A DNA stretch of 32,000 nucleotides from Infirmifilum uzonense. GTDB lineage: Archaea; Thermoproteota; Thermoprotei; Thermofilales; Thermofilaceae. Shown here one piece after another: positions 18,583-27,213 of this stretch. The stretch covers positions 1,170,453 to 1,202,452 of the forward strand of contig NZ_CP009961.1 of NCBI RefSeq assembly GCF_000993805.1, given 5' to 3'. Under the pieces are notes generated by a model. It ran no database searches and had not been told where the DNA came from. It was given only the letters and a program-made list of their open reading frames with translations. The translations under genes and the position numbers were made by a program. How positions within the stretch are numbered: position 1 is the stretch's first letter; every line of letters starts with the position of its first letter.

Positions 18583-19755
18583 TTATGAGAGGAGGGCTTT
18601 CGCGACCTTTAGGCTGAAGATAGGATGTCTGAGAAGTTTTGTGGCAACTTGTACAACGTTTTCTCCATTTGCTAGGTTTACAACGTCTTCTGGCGAGAGT
18701 ATCTCGGCGAGCTGATTTAGCTCTTCATCACTGAGTTTTTCAATTACATTAAGTCCTTTTAGGCTGTCCTTTATCCTTTTACCCCAGTACTCGTTATACT
18801 TTGAGACGTATTCACCTAGTGTTTTTGCGGAAAAGTCATCAAGCTCAAGTGCTTTTGAAGCGACCTCAGCCGCTATCTTTCCACCAGCAATCGAAGTATG
18901 GATGCCGCCCCCCGTCAAAGGTATGACCTGCCCGGCTGCTTCTCCGATAAGCATGACATGATCCGTAACAATCCGTTCTAGCATTCCTCCAATTGTCACA
19001 GCTGCTCCTTTGAACTCGATTATCTTGGATTTAGCAAAGATCTCCTGGTGTTCCTTTATGAATTTGTCCAGGTAAATCTTTGGAGCAGAGCCCTGAACCC
19101 CAATGCCAACGTTTGCGAGCGTGCCATCTTTGGGGAAAATCCACACGTAGCCTTTTGGAGCCACCTCATTCCCTATGTAGAAGTATGTGTAGTCCGGGTT
19201 ATCAAGAGAAACGTTAGTCATCAGATATTGGACGGTGGGTATCACTTTTCTCTCGGCTTGTCTCTCTAAACCGAAAGCCCTTGAGGTAAATGATAGATAT
19301 CCATCAGCACCTACGAGGAGTGGTGCCTCCACAGTAAGGGTTCTTGCAGTGACCCTAACTAAACCACCAGTGACCGTAGCTTGTTTGACTTGTTCCCGCA
19401 TAAAGATGTCAGCTCCAGCCGAGGCAGCGTACTCGCCTAATACTCTTAAAAAGTTCCTTTTGTCTATGATATATCCCAAGTCGCCCTCGGACGTTATGCT
19501 CAGCTGTTTGCCGTTTGGTGCAACTACTATAGCACCCCTGATAGATCTTGAGATGAAACGATTTGCATCCGACTGGGAGATCTCAGCGGTAGTGATAACT
19601 CTCGAACTAATACCTTCACCGCAGGGCTTAACCGATAGTGTTTCATTCTTTTCAAGAACAGAGACCTTGAACCCTTTCTCGGCCAGTTTCCTAGCAAACA
19701 TGAGGCCTGCGGGCCCGGCGCCGACAACTATGGCGTCGTACTTCATTGGGATCAT
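18583..19755 (-). CDS. geranylgeranyl reductase family flavoprotein (digeranylgeranylglycerophospholipid reductase-like)
   Basis: 390-aa ORF with an FAD dinucleotide-binding motif (YDAIVVGAGPAGLMFARKLAEKGFKVSVLEK), a GDAAG-like motif (LIGEAAGQV) and a GGG motif (PLTGGGIH). Confidence 0.85.
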   Translation of the reverse strand: MIPMKYDAIVVGAGPAGLMFARKLAEKGFKVSVLEKNETLSVKPCGEGISSRVITTAEISQSDANRFISRSIRGAIVVAPNGKQLSITSEGDLGYIIDKRNFLRVLGEYAASAGADIFMREQVKQATVTGGLVRVTARTLTVEAPLLVGADGYLSFTSRAFGLERQAERKVIPTVQYLMTNVSLDNPDYTYFYIGNEVAPKGYVWIFPKDGTLANVGIGVQGSAPKIYLDKFIKEHQEIFAKSKIIEFKGAAVTIGGMLERIVTDHVMLIGEAAGQVIPLTGGGIHTSIAGGKIAAEVASKALELDDFSAKTLGEYVSKYNEYWGKRIKDSLKGLNVIEKLSDEELNQLAEILSPEDVVNLANGENVVQVATKLLRHPIFSLKVAKALLS

Positions 19756-19791
19756 AGTTTATGTTTTATACCTGGTATAAAAATTATACCG

Positions 19792-20232
19792 TTGATGGAG
19801 TTAGATGGAGCTGGGCTTGAACGGGAAGTTGAAGAAAAGGTTCAGCATGTGTTAAAGGGTGTTTCAGAAACTCTGGAAAAATATGTCAAGGAAAGGAACC
19901 TTTCAATAGTTGAAGCAAAGGAGCTGTTGGAGTCCTTAGAGCCAAGCTTTAAAATCATTACGAAGAAGTGGGGGCTTCTAATCCTCTACACTCTTCTCCT
20001 AATGGGTCCTTCCTCGTTTAGCAAACTACACGAAGTTACAGGAGTAAACAAAAGAAGTCTTTCAACTAGGCTGAAGGAGCTTGAGAAGGGAGGATTCATT
20101 AAAAGAACTGTTAGGACAGAGCCTCCGATTTCGACGCATTATACTCTCACACAGACAGGACGAGACACTGCATTACTTATGATTCCTCTCATCTACTATG
20201 TATCTAAGAAAATGCCTCTTCACGAATTCTAA
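19792..20232 (+). CDS. HxlR/MarR-type winged-helix transcriptional regulator
   Basis: 146-aa ORF. The pattern KKWGLLILYTLL..GPSSFSKLHEVTGVNKRSLSTRLKELEKGGFIKR...HYTLTQTG matches the HxlR wHTH pattern. Its 3' end overlaps the convergent ATPase gene by 29 nt. Confidence 0.65.
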   Translation: MMELDGAGLEREVEEKVQHVLKGVSETLEKYVKERNLSIVEAKELLESLEPSFKIITKKWGLLILYTLLLMGPSSFSKLHEVTGVNKRSLSTRLKELEKGGFIKRTVRTEPPISTHYTLTQTGRDTALLMIPLIYYVSKKMPLHEF

Positions 20233-21247
20233 GAAATACTTTCCGTGGTCTTGGATCTCCTTGTCTGAAGAAGAGTGCGGTACCCCGCGACGCAAACAAG
20301 ACGTGGTCTTTTTCGTCGTTTGTTATGGAGAATAGAGCTGCGATGTCCCTAATATAGCTCTCAGATCCACTGAGGACCAAGACAAAACCAGCTAATTGAT
20401 ATAATCTGATGTCAAACTCTCGCGGAAGCTGCGAAATAGCTATAAGACTATACCCCCACTTTCGGATTTCCTTATAGAGCGATAGTAGATATTTGGAGAA
20501 CAAGTGCGCTTCCTCTAGAATTATGATCTGTTCTAATCTTTTCTTTACCCCTTGTGAGCGGCGGTAGCCCTGTAGTAGTAAGAGTAAGACTTGTATTGAA
20601 AGTCTCCCTATTTCTTGGGAGACCATAGTTGGAAAATAGAAATAGATGTCCCTATCGGAGAGCTCTGCGATCGTTGGAGCGTCCCCGTGAATTCTTATTA
20701 AATCATCATAGAGCCGACTTATATCGGGATCCTCGTCCACAAATTTTTCCATGGGAGAAAGCGATCCCTCTTTGAGACATCTAAGTATGAGTTTTCTGAT
20801 CACGTTTCTAGACCCATAGTATGCATAGATTAACTCGATATACCTGCTGAGCTCGCTTGCATACTCTTCGTGTGACCAGCCGGGTATACTTAGAATGTTT
20901 ATCTTATCAACTGTCATTTTTATTGAATTATCAAATAATCGTTTGTATGCCTCCTCGCCATGAGGATCGATTACCCAGGCCTTGACCCCTTTCTCGCGTG
21001 CCTCCAAAATTATATGCCTTGAAAGCGTCGACTTTCCACTACCACTCGTTCCAAGTATTACACCATGTACGTTGGGTAGACTGTAAGGATTAAGATATAT
21101 ATTCCTCCCCTTGTCATCAACGCCTAATAATATTCCTTGTCCTTCTTCACGAGGTGGTACTACAGCCAGCGGAGAGAGCACGGGTATCACATCACCCGCT
21201 AGAACCATAACGTACCTCTTCTCGAGTAAATGGCGTAGTGATTGCAC
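20204..21247 (-). CDS. VirB4/HerA-superfamily P-loop ATPase (TrbE/CedB-like, ATPase domain only)
   Basis: 347-aa ORF with Walker A (GVILGTSGSGKST), VIDPHGE, Walker B (IIILEEAH) and a following ISQ motif. This arrangement is typical of DUF87/AAA_10 VirB4-HerA ATPases. It is the last gene of a 5-gene minus-strand operon. Confidence 0.65.
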   Translation of the reverse strand: MQSLRHLLEKRYVMVLAGDVIPVLSPLAVVPPREEGQGILLGVDDKGRNIYLNPYSLPNVHGVILGTSGSGKSTLSRHIILEAREKGVKAWVIDPHGEEAYKRLFDNSIKMTVDKINILSIPGWSHEEYASELSRYIELIYAYYGSRNVIRKLILRCLKEGSLSPMEKFVDEDPDISRLYDDLIRIHGDAPTIAELSDRDIYFYFPTMVSQEIGRLSIQVLLLLLQGYRRSQGVKKRLEQIIILEEAHLFSKYLLSLYKEIRKWGYSLIAISQLPREFDIRLYQLAGFVLVLSGSESYIRDIAALFSITNDEKDHVLFASRGTALFFRQGDPRPRKVFLRIREEAFS

Positions 21248-21255
21248 GGTGATAA

Positions 21256-22329
21256 TTATTCTAGAGTTTTTAAGGCCAACATATCAGGTTCGAAGTGCAA
21301 GCCCATACGCTCCATGGTATCTCTAATTTCTTTAGGTGCTATTAGTAAGCCGTTAACCAGGAAAACAGGTTCTCTTCTTTCCCATCTTCTCCTAGAGGCG
21401 AAAAAATATTTCTGACTTTCGTGGAGCATGCTCAGCTTATCAAGAGCTGTTCCCATTTCATAAACCCTGTAAGCATGAGAATCTAGGCTGGCAGCAATTT
21501 CCCATGGCGCAGGCTTTAACCTCATGGCCATGAAGGGTATAGTGGACACAATACTGTATACGACGCGGGCTCTGGTGTATATTTCTCTCAAGGATGGATA
21601 GGTATAGGTAACTGTAGCTTTTTTTAGACCCCATACTTTTAAACCTCCGTTCTGTATGCTTACTTTATAAACAATTCCCTTGCCCGATGAAAGAGCAAGT
21701 ATCTCTAGTGCCAGGATTACTACAAGAGGTGGGAATAACCCGGATACAAGTATCGTAGATATAAGGGTTAGGAGCTGTCGTACAGGATTCGTTTTCACCT
21801 CGATCAGCTCAGGAGGCCTTAATAAGCCTTTTAACTCCGACCCAGCCAGAACACGATAGGAGCAACCTAGAAGTTCAAAACCTCTTAAAAATGCTTCCCT
21901 CATGCTTTTCAGCTCGTCTTTGATCCTTTTTCCCTCGTATTCACAGACCTTAAGGACAATAAACATCTCTCCTTTAACAGTGATGAATATATATTCACCA
22001 CCTGCTGTGAAAGCAGTAGAGAAAAAAGAAAGTGAGCTTAACCAGAAATCCTTCTCGTTAAGATCGTAGCAACCATGACGGCAGTCCAAAACCTGGAATC
22101 CAAGATATACGCAAGGCTTATTACCTGAGTAAGAGAAGCAAATCTTCCTTAAACATTCCAGGTGATTTAATGGAAGACCACCATGCATCATATGCACTAT
22201 ATACGGATAAATCTCTCTTGAGATAACTACGATAGATAATCCAAGTAATATTAAGGATAGCTCAATGGAATATGCTCGTGTAAAGAAGCCAGCTATTAAG
22301 AACATGAGAAAGATTATAGCCCTACCCAC
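21256..22329 (-). CDS. membrane protein of unknown function, possibly a VirB3/VirB4 N-terminal-domain analogue
   Basis: 357-aa ORF with two N-terminal hydrophobic helices, one central hydrophobic segment, and soluble regions. There is an 8-nt gap to the ATPase gene and an 8-nt overlap with the upstream gene. No motif was recognised. Confidence 0.5.
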   Translation of the reverse strand: MGRAIIFLMFLIAGFFTRAYSIELSLILLGLSIVVISREIYPYIVHMMHGGLPLNHLECLRKICFSYSGNKPCVYLGFQVLDCRHGCYDLNEKDFWLSSLSFFSTAFTAGGEYIFITVKGEMFIVLKVCEYEGKRIKDELKSMREAFLRGFELLGCSYRVLAGSELKGLLRPPELIEVKTNPVRQLLTLISTILVSGLFPPLVVILALEILALSSGKGIVYKVSIQNGGLKVWGLKKATVTYTYPSLREIYTRARVVYSIVSTIPFMAMRLKPAPWEIAASLDSHAYRVYEMGTALDKLSMLHESQKYFFASRRRWERREPVFLVNGLLIAPKEIRDTMERMGLHFEPDMLALKTLE

Positions 22330-24778
22330 TAATATCCGACCTCAATTTCTCCCATATTATTCTCCAGCGATCATTTTTTGCAGCCCCAAAAGTAAGCCCC
22401 GGATCCTTACCCAGATACATTTTCTTAGCCATCTTCACTATAGACTCGTTCTCGTTTTTAAGCTGGTCAAGAGCTTTTAACCGATAGAGGAGCTGGAGTG
22501 ATTCGACCTCGTATCCTTTCTCAGCATACAGCTTGTTAAGTCTAAGTAATTCCTTAAAGACGCGAGGATTTGCAAGCCAGATAAATAGAAGAATCCTATC
22601 TATGCTCTCTATACTTGTACTATTTTCCACAAGGTCAGATAACTCCTTAGTGTGCTCAGATCTAATCTTTCGGATATCAACAGTAACTAGTTCACGGTAT
22701 TTTATGGTCATCAGCTCAGCTAATTTTGGGTTTAGCTTCCTTAATGTTATATCGTTGAGTTTGAAGTAAAGCTGTCCGCGTGAAAAAGCATGATAACCTA
22801 AACTAGAGACTAGTATTCTCTTAAGGGGGCTCAAGATTCTTTGAGCACCATGACTTATTGCGATATCGAATCGTCTCGCGGAAATCCTGAATTTCTTCTT
22901 CGATAAAAGATAGAAGTTATGGAGAAATATATTTCTCTTTCTCTCATTAACTACCTTTAAGAATAAGGGTACAGGTGCCTCGTTGACTTTTTCAAGTGCT
23001 GAGATCAGGCGACTCTTGTTTGGTATGCTTGTAATTCTGACACCCGAAGGAGTAATTATTTTAACTAAAATTTTATCCCGATCACCAGGCTTCGACCTCG
23101 TCGAGAAAAATACATTTATGGTTCTTGAGAGATTTGCTATTTTAGTCTTTGAAATAGTTTGACGGAAGAAAGTGGATAAAGCTACTTCTAAGCTGCCACC
23201 TAAGCCTACAATGCTAGTAGTTTCAATTAAAATAACAAAGAGAGCATTATAGAGAACGATGAATGAGCCAAGAAAATTAATAGGTGCACTAATTAAGTGT
23301 TCAGACACTTGACTTATTATTTCCCAGTGCGAGACATAAATGGGTATAAAGGACTCGTTCCAAACTCCCCTGCCTATTATCGTTATATTCAAAATGGGTT
23401 GGAAGATTTTGGTCTCGTTGCACTTGTCTAGTGAGAGATATACTGTTTGCTCCTCGAATCGTGGAATAGGGAAGTTTGTGACGTTGGATTCAAGAAAAAC
23501 ATCCATTTCTGGAAAGACTCTTACTCTCTTGAGCCATTCCGCACTCCTTTGTAAAGCACGCTGATACCACAAGGCATCTATCCTTCGTCCTGGGGGTAGA
23601 GCCCTAGAAGTTGAAATGTTTATGAGGCATGAAAGACCTTCTGACTCGAATCTTTCTATGGTAAATCCGCCGCCTCTAAAACTGATGAAGACCCCCTTTT
23701 TCAAACTACTTTCCCCTAGATAGTAGCTCACATAACCCTCTCCTCTCACAGAGGGGTGAATAGGTTTGTCTCCTGCGAAGGCTATCACATGACCCGTATG
23801 ACCTTGTGGGGTCTCAATTATGTCTACTGGGAGTGAAACAGTCAAGTTTACCGTTAAGCCACTACTGACGTTAAAGACAGCAGGCCATACGTAACAACTG
23901 CAATAACTCCACGCTCTATCCTTCTCTTCCAGATAACAGCAACTATTGAGAGTAAAGTTTGTCCAATACTCGGTAACCCACAGAGCCTTGTATTTCCCAG
24001 CAGGAAGTATCAGGATTGACCCTTCCCTTACTCTTGAAACGTACAAATTTCCTTCGTGGTCCCGTAAACCTAACAAAATAAGCGGTCTGTATATCGGAGT
24101 TCCAGATGCTTCCCGTACTTGAACGTGAAGGTAACCTAGACCACTTGGAGGATTTATTCCAGGAACTTCACTTAATCTTATCTCAGGGAAATTCCTTACC
24201 TGTAATGGTAGAATTACACTTACTGCCAAAAAAAGTAACCATACAGGAAGTATTAGTCTTCGCAGGCGTGGAATGAAAATTAGAGGTATAAGTGTTAGTA
24301 GTAGAGAATAGATGAAGGGTAAAAGGGTCGTCAGCCTCAACAATAAATGAGAGATAAATGCCGTCGTTCCAATAAGGTTACCGAGGGTCTCTAAAAAGCT
24401 AAGAGACACATGCATCCAAGGCTGATATAGTGAGAGTAGTTCTGCAGTTGCGGGTCCACCTGCTCCGGCGAAGACTATCCCAATGATTATATCAAAAACC
24501 GCTATAGACAAGGATAAGGAGACTATCCTACTGTGATATTCTTTCATCCTTGAAATCAACTGGGTAAGGGTCTCCGAGACCGCCCAGTATAAGCTGTTTC
24601 CAACCTTACTCAGTTCAGGATAGAAAATAACTAGCAGAGAAAAAGATGCTAGAAATCCTATCAACTCGGATAAGAATATTCTCAGAGCACGTTTCTTGAA
24701 TCCCAGAGACCAGTAAAGTAAAACGACAATACTTGTAGAGGCAAGTCCGACTCCAAATACCAGCTCATCTTGAGGCAA
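22322..24778 (-). CDS. large polytopic membrane protein with an extracellular sequon- and Cys-containing domain and a cytoplasmic helical C-terminal domain
   Basis: 818-aa ORF. About 6 hydrophobic helices lie in residues 1-192. Residues 195-495 carry many N-x-S/T sequons and a CC..C.C cluster. A further hydrophobic segment spans residues 497-535, followed by a basic helical tail of about 280 aa. Confidence 0.6.
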   Translation of the reverse strand: MPQDELVFGVGLASTSIVVLLYWSLGFKKRALRIFLSELIGFLASFSLLVIFYPELSKVGNSLYWAVSETLTQLISRMKEYHSRIVSLSLSIAVFDIIIGIVFAGAGGPATAELLSLYQPWMHVSLSFLETLGNLIGTTAFISHLLLRLTTLLPFIYSLLLTLIPLIFIPRLRRLILPVWLLFLAVSVILPLQVRNFPEIRLSEVPGINPPSGLGYLHVQVREASGTPIYRPLILLGLRDHEGNLYVSRVREGSILILPAGKYKALWVTEYWTNFTLNSCCYLEEKDRAWSYCSCYVWPAVFNVSSGLTVNLTVSLPVDIIETPQGHTGHVIAFAGDKPIHPSVRGEGYVSYYLGESSLKKGVFISFRGGGFTIERFESEGLSCLINISTSRALPPGRRIDALWYQRALQRSAEWLKRVRVFPEMDVFLESNVTNFPIPRFEEQTVYLSLDKCNETKIFQPILNITIIGRGVWNESFIPIYVSHWEIISQVSEHLISAPINFLGSFIVLYNALFVILIETTSIVGLGGSLEVALSTFFRQTISKTKIANLSRTINVFFSTRSKPGDRDKILVKIITPSGVRITSIPNKSRLISALEKVNEAPVPLFLKVVNERKRNIFLHNFYLLSKKKFRISARRFDIAISHGAQRILSPLKRILVSSLGYHAFSRGQLYFKLNDITLRKLNPKLAELMTIKYRELVTVDIRKIRSEHTKELSDLVENSTSIESIDRILLFIWLANPRVFKELLRLNKLYAEKGYEVESLQLLYRLKALDQLKNENESIVKMAKKMYLGKDPGLTFGAAKNDRWRIIWEKLRSDISG

Positions 24779-25570
24779 TTAGATCCTCACCACTGAAACG
24801 TAAATAGAGTCAAACACCCCCGCTAAACCATAACCTGCTACTATCGAAATACTAAATGCTAAAGCTATGAGTGTGGCACTTTCGCCCAACTTGATCGTAA
24901 TGTCGCTGACCTTAGAGGAAACACTTATCCAGTCTACAGGGTTTAATGGAGAAATTTCCGGGATTTTTTCAAGATCTCTTGAAACTATTTGTGCGCTGAG
25001 GATAAATGAGATGCTTGTAGCAAGATATATGGCCAGAAGTGATGCTCCTACGCGTCTAATCTTTGGCACAGGTAGAAGAATAGAGCCTATAAGAGCTAAG
25101 TAAGGGGCAAGCACCGAGAAGAATTTTGCTGCATAGCTTAGATGCATATAGAAAATTGCTAATATCGAGAGCTCTGAGATGGCCCAACCTGTTGCAGCTC
25201 CTAGAACACTTGAGAGCGGTGATGTTAACGGAGCCGAAGCTAAGAGAGCACGTTCTGTTTGCACATACATAATTGTGGAGATAGCTTTTTGGCTGGCCTC
25301 CCAAAACACGCTGCTTGAATATGAAATCTTCTCGCTTACTGTACCCGTTGCATTAAAACTTAGAGGAATTTGAATATATGATGCGATCAGGTCTGCAATC
25401 CAAAAAATCACTTGTAATGCGAGCAGGTGGATTAATATGTCTACGACAGCTTCAAGACTCTCGATGGCCTCTCTCCTTTTCCCAAGAATCCATTTTACAG
25501 AACCAGAGAGAATGTATATAATGGCGGCAAGGCCTGCAGCATAGTCGGCTAAAAGCATGATGTCAACCAC
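24779..25570 (-). CDS. polytopic integral membrane protein (candidate VirB6/CedA-like channel component)
   Basis: 263-aa ORF that is almost entirely hydrophobic helices (about 6-7). It abuts the downstream gene directly and overlaps the upstream gene by 8 nt. Confidence 0.5.
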   Translation of the reverse strand: MVDIMLLADYAAGLAAIIYILSGSVKWILGKRREAIESLEAVVDILIHLLALQVIFWIADLIASYIQIPLSFNATGTVSEKISYSSSVFWEASQKAISTIMYVQTERALLASAPLTSPLSSVLGAATGWAISELSILAIFYMHLSYAAKFFSVLAPYLALIGSILLPVPKIRRVGASLLAIYLATSISFILSAQIVSRDLEKIPEISPLNPVDWISVSSKVSDITIKLGESATLIALAFSISIVAGYGLAGVFDSIYVSVVRI

Positions 25571-26054
25571 CTAGGGAAGTTGTTATTAGACGCCATCCCC
25601 GCTGCAGTAGGTTTTCCATGATCTTAGCGACTGAGGAGATTTCTGGAATTCCAAGCGAGTTAAGTATCATTATCACGAAAAACAACAGTGGTAATATGGC
25701 CAGTGTTTCAGCAGCCCTGATGAATTTCGAAACCGCTATACTGCGTCCGAAACTTCCTCCGGTGACCCAGGAGAGAGCTGCATCGAGTATGAGCAATATG
25801 AAGCCAATGATTCCTATCCCGAATGTTATAGCAGCTAATAATGCAATCACGTCCACAAATGGTTGAAAAATCTTGGAAAGTAGTTCTTCTGGGCTAACAG
25901 TAAGTAAGGTGGCTGGAGGTGTAAGCATAAGCGCTAAGTTATCGTCTACTTCTTTCCAGTCTACTCTTCGTTTCAAACGGGGACGACTCCTCTTTAGATA
26001 TCCTTCGTAAACTACTTGGAGAAATCTCAGTTTTAATTTCCTTATGAACATCAA
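25563..26054 (-). CDS. small two-helix membrane protein (candidate VirB2/CedA1/TedC-like pilin)
   Basis: 163-aa ORF. The likely true start is the ATG at 26051. A basic N-terminal ~60 aa is followed by two long hydrophobic helices (VDVIALLAAITFGIGIIGFILLILDAAL and AETLAILPLLFFVIMILNSLGI). These are joined by a short loop containing R/K. Confidence 0.45.
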   Translation of the reverse strand: MMFIRKLKLRFLQVVYEGYLKRSRPRLKRRVDWKEVDDNLALMLTPPATLLTVSPEELLSKIFQPFVDVIALLAAITFGIGIIGFILLILDAALSWVTGGSFGRSIAVSKFIRAAETLAILPLLFFVIMILNSLGIPEISSVAKIMENLLQRGWRLITTSLGG

Positions 26055-26137
26055 CAGTTGATTCCTATAAACTCTTAAAAGCCAGACATAGTATAAGTGC
26101 TCCCGAATATCGATTTTTAAAGATACTAGGCTTTCTA
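26055..26137. promoter_or_regulatory. divergent promoter region of the two cluster operons
   Basis: 83-bp AT-rich spacer. The minus strand reads TTTTAAGA (26073-26080) about 26 nt upstream of the ATG at 26051. The plus strand reads TTTTTAAAGA (26114-26123) about 25-30 nt upstream of the ATG at 26147. Both fit leaderless transcripts. Confidence 0.45.
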
Positions 26138-26866
26138 GTGGGAGTCATGACCTTAGTAGTAGCTACAGTTTCTGGACATAAAGGTGGTACCGGCAAGACT
26201 GTCGTGGCTTCTCTCTTGAGCTACCATCTATCGACACGCATCGGGGAGAAAGTACTGGTTATAGATCTAGGAGAAGCAGGCAGCAGTACGACACTTCTCC
26301 TCGAGGAGGACCCAGGACCTCCATACATAAGCGATTTTTTCCTAGGCAGAGCCACATGGTCTGATGTTATAGTCGTTTCAAACTTGTCAGATAACTTGAT
26401 GATTGTTCCATGCAGTGGAGAAGTGGGCCCTGTTGATCCCACGTCGCTTGAATACCTAATTGATAGGACTTCAAAACACTTCGAGTATATAATATTGGAT
26501 TTGCCGGCATACCCTGGAAGCTTGTACGACCCAGTGGTAGGATTAGCCGAAGTTATTATCACAGTGTTTAACCCGGATTTTCTATCATTCCAGGCGGTAT
26601 CCACATGGCTTAAACGTCGAGATTTTTTCAGGAGGAAGCTTATCCTGCCTTTGTTAAACAAGTACTTTCTCTTCATGGGGGACTGGAAAGATCTCGCCCG
26701 GGATGAATTTGGAACAGTGTTCACAATGCCCTTCGATGCCGCCCTGCAGTTTTCATTTGCAAGAAATATTGGTGAAGCCTACAAGAACGCCAGTAACCGT
26801 GTCAAAAAAGACCTTGAGGTATTGACTTACAGACTCCAGAAGCCCTTACTTAAGGTGACTGGCTAA
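26138..26866 (+). CDS. ParA/MinD-family ATPase (CpaE/TadZ-like)
   Basis: 242-aa ORF starting at GTG 26138, although the ATG at 26147 is the more likely start. It has the deviant Walker A GHKGGTGKT, an A' motif (VLVIDLGE) and Walker B (YIILDLPA). Confidence 0.75.
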   Translation: MGVMTLVVATVSGHKGGTGKTVVASLLSYHLSTRIGEKVLVIDLGEAGSSTTLLLEEDPGPPYISDFFLGRATWSDVIVVSNLSDNLMIVPCSGEVGPVDPTSLEYLIDRTSKHFEYIILDLPAYPGSLYDPVVGLAEVIITVFNPDFLSFQAVSTWLKRRDFFRRKLILPLLNKYFLFMGDWKDLARDEFGTVFTMPFDAALQFSFARNIGEAYKNASNRVKKDLEVLTYRLQKPLLKVTG

Positions 26867-27213
26867 TGAGCTTTAGAAGACCTTTTACCTCTGTTAAGGA
26901 TAACGAGGAACCCCCTATTTTACCGCTACCCTCTTTGAGTCAAAAAAGCCCGGTAAAAATAGAGGATAAAAACATAAGCGATAACAGTGAGTCTCTCGGC
27001 AAAGGCATAAGAAATCTTGAGGCGGTTTTGCGGAGCCTCGGGGTTGAGGAAAACATCTCTACACGGATAACAAATAGGCTTAACGAGATTGACAGGGAGC
27101 TAAGCAGAATAAACAGTGAAATAGCAAAGCTAGAGCGCGAGAAAGAGAACCTTCTGGCAGAGCGCGAGAAAATCACCAAAGCCTTGAGACTATTTTCCGG
27201 GATCACGGAATGA
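26866..27213 (+). CDS. small coiled-coil protein of unknown function
   Basis: 115-aa ORF. The N-terminal half is Pro/Ser-rich and looks disordered. The C-terminal heptad-like region reads RLNEIDRELSRINSEIAKLEREKENLLAEREKI. It overlaps the upstream gene by 1 nt and the downstream gene by 4 nt. Confidence 0.55.
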   Translation: MSFRRPFTSVKDNEEPPILPLPSLSQKSPVKIEDKNISDNSESLGKGIRNLEAVLRSLGVEENISTRITNRLNEIDRELSRINSEIAKLEREKENLLAEREKITKALRLFSGITE

